From Octopus sinensis (taxonomy: Eukaryota), in NCBI RefSeq assembly GCF_006345805.1, contig NW_021823937.1, positions 1 to 20,243 of the forward strand: 20,243 bases of DNA, written 5' to 3'. Made by a program: the position numbers and the translations under genes. Below the pieces are notes generated by a model. The model was not told the origin of the DNA. It ran no database searches and saw only the letters and a list, made by a program, of their open reading frames with translations. Below are positions 12,474 to 20,243 of the stretch, piece by piece. Position 1 is the stretch's first letter. Each line of letters begins with the position of its first letter.

Positions 12474-12990
12474 CTGGTAGAACCTTTTGCAAGTCGGTTT
12501 GCGTTCAAACGCTGCCGAGGTCAACTTTGTCTTTCATTTTAAAAGGCAGCGAGTTAGCAGAATCGCTAACACGCCGGGCGAAATGCTTAGCGGTATTTCG
12601 TCTGCTGCTACGTTCTGAGTTCAAATTCCACCGAGGTCGACTTTGCCTTTCATCCTTTCGGGGCCGATTAAATATGTACCAGTTACGCACTGGGGGTCGA
12701 TATAATCGACTTAATCCGTTTGTCTGTCCTTGTTTGTCCTCTCTGAACTTTTATACTTTCGGGGTCAATTAAATAAGTACCAGTTACGCACTGGGGTCGA
12801 TATAATCGACTTAATCCGTTTGTCTGTCCTTGTTTGTCCCCTCTGGTAGAACCTTTTGCAAGTCGGTTTGCGTTCAAACGCTGCCGAGGTCAACTTTGTC
12901 TTTCATTTTAAAAGGCAGCGAGTTAGCAGAATCGCTAACACGCCGGGCGAAATGCTTAGCGGTATTTCGTCTGCTGCTACGTTCTGAGTT
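12474..12990 (+). repeat. 148-bp direct duplication (12474-12621 and 12843-12990)
   Basis: CTGGTAGAACC...CTGAGTT appears identical at an offset of 369. Confidence 0.9.
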
Positions 12991-13718
12991 TAGCCCCTTG
13001 TGGGTAGTAAAGAAATAGGTATTTCGTCTGCCGCTACGTTCTGAGTTCAAATTCCGCCGAGGTCGACTTTGCCTTTTATACTTTCGGTCAATTAATTAAG
13101 TAAAAGTCCAGTTACGCACTGGGGTCGATATAATCGACTTAATCTGTTTGTCTGTCCTTGTTTGTCCTCTCTGTGTTAGCCCCTTGTGGGTAGTAAAGAA
13201 ATAGTATATTCGGCCGCTACGTTCTGAGTTCAAATTCCGCCGAGGTCGACTTTGCCTTTTATACTTTCGGGGTCAATTAAATAAGTACCAGTTCGCACTG
13301 GGGTCGATATAATCGACTTAATCCGTTTGTCTGTCCTTGTTTGTCCCCTCTGTGTTTATCCCCTTGTGGATAGTAAAGAAATAAGTATTTCGTCTGCCGC
13401 TACGTTCTGAGTTCAAATTCCGTCGAGGTCGACTTTGCCTTTCATCCTTTCGGGGTCGCTTAAATAAGTACCAGTTACGCACTGGGGTCAATATAATCGA
13501 CTTAATCCGTTTGTCTGTCCTTGTTTGTCCCCTCTGTGTGTAGCCCCCTGTGGGCAGTAAAGAAATAAGAATCGCTAACACGCCTGGCAAAATGCTCAGC
13601 GACAGCTTATCCGTGTTAACATTCTGAGTTCAAATTCCGCTGAGGTCCACTTTGCTTTTCATCCTTTCGGGGTCAGTAAAATAAGTACTAGTTGAACACT
13701 GGGTCGATGTAATCGATT
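12545..13718 (+). mobile_element. Concatemer of SINE family B units nested in or followed by an older family B copy
   Basis: Heads at ~12545 and ~12914; head-to-tail units 13018-13203, 13204-13383, 13384-13567; diverged copy at 13568-13718. Confidence 0.92.
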
Positions 13719-13722
13719 AGAG

Positions 13723-14032
13723 CAGGCCTGGTCAACTCGAATTACATTGCAGGCCACTTTAATCACAGAAAGGATTTTGAGGGCGACTTGTATACTGACA
13801 GAATTGAAAGCATTTTGCTTTCTCATGCTATTATTACAGTAATGAATGAACGATCATTGATTCAACATGAAATATAATCGTTGCAAAAACGGGAGTATCT
13901 TTCTTTTTTTACTTTCTATTACAATCTTTAATTGTTGATAAAATTTTAAAAACGTTTGTTCAAATAAACCCATTTCAAGAAAGTATTAAGCGGGCCTCAA
14001 GAAAGAAGTCTGGCCTCAGGTTGGCCACTCTT
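13723..14032. mobile_element. Decayed non-autonomous hAT-like DNA transposon (MITE)
   Basis: Imperfect TIRs CAGGCCTGGTCAAC / GTTGGCCACTCTT, subterminal GCAGGCCAC and GCGGGCC motifs, AT-rich interior. Confidence 0.5.
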
Positions 14033-14853
14033 CGTATTTCAGTCCTAGTGTCTATAACGGAATGGATTATTATTATAAGTCGCAATACCCTAAATTGACT
14101 TTAAATGACTTTGTAATGTGGACTTTGATGTTAAGAGAGATTAGTTTTGAGATTTCTTTTCATTTTGTCTTTTCTTTCCGAGTTTCTTTATAATCAGTAA
14201 GTCGGCAAATTGCAGAGTTAACATTGGCGCACATACGCGAGGTTATTGGACGAGCATCAGAAAGAACCCGTAACGAGAGAGTCGAGGGTGGTAGTGTTTG
14301 GAAAGGATAGGGCAAGGGTGGCAGCGAGAACGGGAACAGGATTCATGAGAGGTAAAATGGTGCGTGGAAGAGAAGGTCTAGCATATATCCAATTTTTCAC
14401 CCTCATTTTGATTTTAATTTTAAATTAATACGTTCTCAAACCGGTGAAAACTACTGCAGTGAATTATTTATGCAGTATTTATTTCCGGTAATTTAGCGCG
14501 CCTAAACGAGGATTTTGAAAATAACCGCAAATACAATAAGTCGAACTACATGCATTTTCGACCTCGTGTTGATATCTGGCGTGAAGTTCCACAAATTATA
14601 TCTTGCAAAGGGGATCACACTGACGATCTACAGATAAATTGTGTAAGTAAAATTACGTCATTTATTGATAGTGTAACAATTGTTTGTGATTAATCTATAT
14701 TTTTGTTATTTTTTATTTGTCTTGCTCGCTTACGTTTCTGGTGTACTAAATTTTCTGGAGAACAATTCTTAGTGGTTGAGACCATATCGGATCTTTTCTA
14801 TCATAAGGGTTTCCACAATAGTGGTTAAAAAAATTCCCTCTTATTATATATAT

Positions 14854-14885
<32 letters not shown>

Positions 14886-15203
14886 GAAAACACATACGTT
14901 ATATAATTAGGGTCAGTAAAAAAATTTACTTTACCACACACCGAACTTTTAGAAATAGCAGCCAAAAGTTTAGCTATTTCCTCTACTATAAGAAAAGTCT
15001 CCCAGACAATGTATACTCAAAAATAATTCACGTAGGGAAAAAATAACGAAAGGTCACACGTACTTGAGAACGCCGTTTCTGGATTAGTTGGATATAGATC
15101 AACATTTCCGTCATCAGCCAAGATTTCTTTAGTTTGAATTTGAGAGCACTAAGAATCGAACATACCCGTCTGATATGAGTAATCCCAGACAAATCATCTT
15201 ATT

Positions 15204-15206
<3 letters not shown>
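14886..15206 (-). mobile_element. ~320 bp hammerhead-bearing element within (TA)n (Penelope-like/retrozyme-like)
   Basis: Complex block bounded on both sides by (TA)n and containing a hammerhead motif. Confidence 0.6.
15063..15122 (-). ncRNA. Minimal type I hammerhead ribozyme motif with intact core boxes
   Basis: Minus strand CTTGG-CTGATGA-C-GGAAATGTTG[9 nt]CAACTAATCC-A-GAAAC-GGC-GTT-C-TCAAG; stem I CTTGG/TCAAG. Confidence 0.65.
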
Positions 15207-15243
<37 letters not shown>

Positions 15244-15274
15244 ATATATATATATATTATATATATTATATATA

Positions 15275-15307
<33 letters not shown>

Positions 15308-15429
15308 TGTATGTACGTATGTTGTATGTATGTATGTATATGTATGTATGCATGCATGTATGTATGTATGTATGTATGTATATGTATATTATATATATAT
15401 ATAGATATATATATATTATATATAATATA

Positions 15430-15462
<33 letters not shown>
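15207..15462. repeat. (TA)n/(TATG)n microsatellite
   Basis: Direct inspection. Confidence 0.95.
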
Positions 15463-15463
<1 letters not shown>

Positions 15464-15556
15464 CATATATCTAATTGCTATATATTAAACTGTCGTATGT
15501 CCATATATGTTGTTTTCAGTATATATTTTTGCCTGCAAAAGCCGGTTCTTTTAGTT

Positions 15557-15644
15557 AGTGGCTATGTGGTTAGATAGCTTGCTTACCAACCACATGTTCA
15601 AGTGGCACCTTGTGCAAGTGTCTTCTACTATAGCCACGGGCCGA
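15557..15644 (+). mobile_element. SINE family A 5' fragment
   Basis: AGTGGCTATGTGGTTAG..GCTTACCAACCACATG..GTGGCACCTTGTGCAAGTGTCTTCTACTATAGCC, the reverse complement of 15683-15786. Confidence 0.85.
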
Positions 15645-15795
15645 TCAGTTCCCGTCTACTAAATCCACTCACAAGGCTTTGGTCGGCCCGAGGCTATAGT
15701 GCAAGACACCTGCCCAAGGTGCCACGCAGTGGGACTGAACCCGGAACCATGAGGTTGGTAAAACAGCTACTTACCACACAGCCACTCCTACGCCT
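15645..15795 (-). mobile_element. SINE family A 5' half with complete tRNA-like head
   Basis: Minus strand A box TGGCTGTGTGG and B box GGTTCAGTCCC; matches 8648-8759. Confidence 0.9.
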
Positions 15796-16172
15796 ATAAC
15801 TTGTTCATAATCATAAGCATTCTTCTATGTATTTTATGATAACATGTTTGGCCATTGATATATTCATAAATAATTATTAACTGTTTATAATATATCCTTC
15901 GTAACGTATTATTACATTACTTTTTAATTATATATATATACATAAACAATAGGAAAGAGTAAAGATGCGATGTAGCTGGATATATTCTCTTCATGCCTAA
16001 CGGCTTTTGATCGTACGACCGAGTCGTTGACGTTCTGTCAGTGTTAATACATTTTTTTGTGCTGGCCAAGTCGGGTGATGTGACGTAAAGAACCCATTGA
16101 TAGTAAGAGCCTCTAAGAGCAGCAATTGAACTCAAGACAGTCGTCTTGCCTAACCACAAAGCCACCTGCCTT

Positions 16173-16810
16173 ATGTGTGTATGTATGTATGTATGTATGT
16201 ATGTATGTATGTATGTATGTATGTATGTGTGTGTATGTATGTATGTATGTTTTTATTAGTGTATGTATGTATGTATGTATGTGTGTGTGTATGTATGTAT
16301 GTATGTGTGTGTGTATGTATGTATGTATGTATGTATGTGTGTGTGTGTGTGTATGTAAGTATGTATGCATGTATGTATGTATGTATGTATGTATGTATGT
16401 ATGTATGTATGTATGCATGTATGTATGTATATATGTACGTATGTATGTATGTATGTATGTATATTTTTATATATGTACACGCGCTCACATACACACATAC
16501 ACACATATGAATATATACATACACACGCATATAAATATATATACATACACACGCATATAAATATATATACATACACACGCATATAAATATATATGCATAC
16601 ACACACTCATATATATAAATATATATGCACATGCATACGTACATATACAAACATACATGCACGCTCACATGTATACATATGAGTGCTTCTTCGTGTGAAC
16701 GTTGGTGTTTGAGTTTGTGCGTGTATGTGCGTTCGTGTGTATGTGTGTATATGTGCATGTGTTTGTGTGTGTTTGTGTGTGTGTATGTGTGTGTGTGTGT
16801 GTGTGCGTGC

Positions 16811-16858
<48 letters not shown>
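16173..16858. repeat. (TATG)n, (CATA/TA)n and (TG)n compound microsatellite, including a short 26-bp tandem unit at ~16520-16600
   Basis: Direct inspection; ACACACGCATATAAATATATAT repeats three times. Confidence 0.95.
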
Positions 16859-16860
<2 letters not shown>

Positions 16861-17373
16861 ATCTCTTTATGTACACATTATCCCGTTTAAAAATGCTCCA
16901 CTTTACCTCACTTTATTAATTGGTCTCTGAAAAGCAATATGGCGTTTGTGAATCGTCTGCCGGTTAATGAAAGATTTCTATGAATACAAATGGTTGGCAT
17001 GGCGTGTCTGTTCAAGGTTTTAGATGTCTCTCATCTCTATTTATCATAATCAACAAAAGCAAACAGCCGCTTTAATACAACAACAATAGCAATCTTTGTA
17101 TTGTAGTCATAGCAATTGTAACTATTAATCTGTCATTATCACGACTGCCCAAGGCCTCGGACGCCACGACCCCGGTTCGATTCACTTCGTATCACTTACG
17201 CTGTTAATGTTTTTTGAGAACTTGATAAAGGAACGAACAACACAAGATACTATGCCTCTTTTGAAAATTAATTACACACATGCATACGTACCCGCACACA
17301 TAAACAAGCGCATACACTTGTACACCCACCCACAAATACACACAATATACACAAATACATGCCTATGTGTGTC

Positions 17374-17380
<7 letters not shown>

Positions 17381-17405
<25 letters not shown>

Positions 17406-17588
17406 CATACATACATACATACATATATATGTATATATATGTATGTATGTATGCATATATACATACATACATACATACATATATACATATATGTATATGT
17501 ATATGTATATATAAACATATATATATAAATATATAGATATATATGTATATATATATATATACGTATATATATATATATATATATATAT

Positions 17589-17624
<36 letters not shown>

Positions 17625-17783
17625 ACGATATATATATATACATATATATATATCTATATATCTATATATAATGTCATATACACATATACATATACATATA
17701 TGTATATATGTATGTATGTATTATATATGCATACATACATACATATATATACATATATATATGTATGTATGTATATATATATA

Positions 17784-17815
<32 letters not shown>

Positions 17816-17866
17816 CTCCATACATACATAATACATACATACATATATATATACATACATATATAT
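17381..17866. repeat. (TA)n/(CATA)n compound microsatellite
   Basis: Direct inspection. Confidence 0.95.
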
Positions 17867-18047
17867 AAAAGATACGTGGAGGTTTTCGACACGGTGACTC
17901 AAACTAATACATATGCACTCTGAATGCTCAAATTGGTATGTTACTAAAATTGCAGTTGAACATGTGATTTTGTGACTGCCTTTCTAAAGCGGCTGGAAGT
18001 GGATTCCCCTTGAGCTAGTTGGTATAAATCAAAACAAAAAAGAAAAG

Positions 18048-18120
18048 GCAAACAGTTCGGAAGGACTTGACAAGGACATTTAATTCTAAATGTTCTTGTG
18101 AAGTCTTGCCAGACCGTTGC
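18048..18120. other. Long imperfect hairpin (~35 bp stem, 4-nt loop)
   Basis: GACTTGACAAGGACATTTA-ATTC-TAAATGTTCTTGTGAAGTC core, with pairing extending to GCAAAC/GTTGC. Confidence 0.8.
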
Positions 18121-18129
18121 AGCTTTAAT

Positions 18130-18174
18130 ACACACACACAGACACACGGACACAGACACAGACACAGACACACA

Positions 18175-18213
<39 letters not shown>

Positions 18214-18302
18214 TGCATACATATGGATCTTGGTTGGATCTAGGTTAGAAACGGGCTCTTTCTCTAGTGGCAAGAAATCTTGAAATAAAACTGAATAATG
18301 AA

Positions 18303-18340
<38 letters not shown>

Positions 18341-18448
18341 ATCTATATCTATCTATCTATCTATCTATCTATCTCTCTATATATATCTATCTATATATAT
18401 ATAATATATATATATCTATCTATCTATCTATATATATATATATATATA
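18130..18448. repeat. (CA)n (18130-18210) and (ATCT)n/(TA)n (18303-18448) microsatellites
   Basis: Direct inspection. Confidence 0.9.
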
Positions 18449-18770
18449 ACTCCAAGAAAGTTAGAGGTTGTGAATCCAACCCACTAAGGGATAATATCTA
18501 TCCAATATTCTGATGGTAGAATACCCAATTATTAATACACAAGTGTTTTTTATTGCATTGCAATTACATTACCTAGTGTACTAAATGGGTGAAGGTAAAG
18601 AGATATTTTACCTATATTTCATATCTTATATCTTATATGTAAAGAATAATATGTTATATGTATGTATATTATTGTAATTATCAGTTTAGTAAATAAATAA
18701 TAAGTTAACATAATATAATGTATAAAAGTTGATGAACCATCTTTTGTTCTCCTCCATTTTCTTATATTGC

Positions 18771-18802
<32 letters not shown>

Positions 18803-18810
18803 ATATATAA

Positions 18811-18843
<33 letters not shown>

Positions 18844-18849
<6 letters not shown>

Positions 18850-19032
18850 CGTGTGTACCGTTGGCGATTTTTTCCTCTGTCTTCCCTTCTCTGGATCTTT
18901 CCTCTCCTATGTTTCCGACGAAGAGCTCCGCTCGAAACGTTAAACCCCCTTCTTTTGAGCGTCCAATAATACTATATTTGTTCCACGTCCTCGCATTGTT
19001 GTGTTTTTGTTGTTTCTTGTTTGGATTAAATT
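18844..19032 (+). mobile_element. ~190 bp hammerhead-bearing element within (TA)n (Penelope-like/retrozyme-like)
   Basis: Complex block bounded by (TA)n on both sides and containing a hammerhead motif. Confidence 0.6.
18911..18945 (+). ncRNA. Minimal type I hammerhead ribozyme motif with palindromic stem III
   Basis: GTTT-CCGACGA-A-GAGC-TCC-GCTC-GAAAC-GTT-AAAC; U4C variant core; AACGTT palindrome. Confidence 0.7.
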
Positions 19033-19770
19033 TATATATAGATATATATATTATATATATATATCCTATATCTGTGTGAGGGTTGGGACAGCAACCAACT
19101 AAGGGATAGTACCTATCCAATATACTGCTGGTAGTGTGCGGAATTATTCATACCTAAGTGCTGTTTATTGCATGGCAAGCTCGCAATTGAGTGACTGTAA
19201 TATCGATTGAACTGTGACATGAGCATAGAAAGTTTTCCGTTATGCATTTGTGCCCATTATAGTTGCTGATGCTGTCTTTGTTGCTTTTGTAAGTGTTGCT
19301 GCTGCAGTTGGTGCCGTCAATGTATAATACAGTTGCAAAACGAAATAGTGCGTCCTTGCAAGCAATTAATACACACAAAAATTAGAGAAAAACCACTACT
19401 ATGTACTTCAAACAATGATAGACATAAACCAAATCATAAAGAAAAAGTAAAATATATCAAACATATAACAGGGTTCACAGATCTACATTTTGAGAAACGG
19501 ACGGTGGAAGATACGAGAATGTTTGTTGATCCCTACAATTGTTTTGAGCCATGTAGCATCAATCCCTCACGGATGGGATATTTAACAACTGGCTTAGGAG
19601 TATCAACCTGTGTAGATGTGTTTCTTCAGGTGATAATAAAACGTATCTCGTTAAAATAACGACTGTTCCGCAAGATGTGTTCTCGGTTTGTGCATACGGC
19701 AAAATTAATTTAATTCCGTTAAATTCCGCTCGCATCACTTTAGGAAAACCCAAATGTACATTAGAAAATA

Positions 19771-20004
19771 TATTTCTTTATTGCCCACAAGGGGCTAAAC
19801 ATAGAGGGGACAAACAAGGACAGACAAAGGGATTAAGTCGATTACATCGACCCCAGTGCGTAACTGGTATTTAATTTATCGACAACCAAAGGATGAAAGG
19901 CAAAGTCGACCTCGGCGGAATTTGAACTCAGAACGTAACGGCAGATGAAATACGGCTAAGCATTTCGCCCGGCGCGCTAACATTTCTGCCAGCTCGCCGC
20001 CTTT
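19771..20004 (-). mobile_element. Full-length SINE family B monomer with target-site duplication
   Basis: Minus strand GGCGGCGAGCTGGCAGAA..GAGTTCAAATTCC..AAAGAAATA; flanks TACATTAGAAAATA (19757-19770) and TACCATAGAAAATA (20005-20018). Confidence 0.92.
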
Positions 20005-20031
20005 TACCATAGAAAATACGGAACCTGGACG

Positions 20032-20088
20032 TGAGATCGAAACTGGAACAATGTGGTTGCAAAGAATACGTTTTATCCCCACAACCAT
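20032..20088 (-). mobile_element. Decayed SINE family A-like head fragment
   Basis: GAGATCGAAACTGGAACAATGTGGTTG resembles GGGACTGAACCCGGAACCATGAGGTTG at 15731-15757. Confidence 0.4.
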
Positions 20089-20243
20089 TTTGGATTTATG
20101 TATCAACAATGTATTCGTGTATTGAGAACAGAAATGTCTTATACCGATTGACTCCGTTTGAAAGTCGGTTCATTTTCGTTATAATTAACGTTAAATTAGG
20201 TGGGTAGGGTCTCCAGGGAGAGGAATAGAGCGGATAGTGTGAG

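Larger units (their letters stand above)
18465..19178 (+). repeat. Two diverged ~100 bp copies of a dispersed repeat (18465-18563 and 19078-19178)
   Basis: ACTAAGGGATAATATCTATCCAATATTCTGATGGTAG versus ACTAAGGGATAGTACCTATCCAATATACTGCTGGTAG, with colinear downstream AATTATT..AAGTG..TTTATTGCAT.GCAA. Confidence 0.8.

Noticed and set aside
12545-13567. CRISPR-like regularly spaced repeats
   Set aside because: Whole ~184 bp units repeat with no unique spacers; they are SINE bodies, and no cas genes are present.
14617-14645. CTGACGA-TCT-AC-AGA-TAAA hammerhead-like string (also CTGACGA on the minus strand at 11851-11857)
   Set aside because: No GAAA box and an implausible stem II; likely chance matches.
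16100-16172. Possible decayed minus-strand SINE head
   Set aside because: Only short patches (TTGAACTC, TAACCACAAAGCCAC) match, which is too weak to annotate.
17155-17185. B-box-like GGTTCGATTC
   Set aside because: No convincing A box or SINE body, so at most a very old fragment.
18222-18301. Possible retroposon 3' end before (ATCT)n
   Set aside because: It looks familiar as a repeat, but there is no second copy or diagnostic motif in the window.
9617-19120. [12 protein letters not shown] and HTYI ORFs
   Set aside because: Translations of (ATCT)n, (TATG)n and (TA)n microsatellites.

Overview
AT-rich, microsatellite-saturated, non-coding eukaryotic DNA (intron or intergenic). It is most likely from an octopus, judging by the tRNA-derived SINE families recognised from memory. 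No credible protein-coding gene is present; all listed ORFs derive from simple repeats or SINEs. Main contents: (1) a ~6.4 kb strand-asymmetric CAC/CAG triplet array with hidden higher-order units (1508-7890); (2) about ten copies or fragments of three tRNA-derived SINE families, including a head-to-tail concatemer nested in an older copy and an inverted pair; (3) a decayed hAT-like MITE; (4) a long imperfect hairpin. The most notable signal is four sequence-unrelated short elements in or beside microsatellites, each carrying a minimal type I hammerhead-ribozyme-like motif (754-798, 11510-11550 plus an inverted twin, 15063-15122, 18911-18945). These look like Penelope-like or retrozyme-type non-autonomous elements, and one has a tRNA-like Pol III head.
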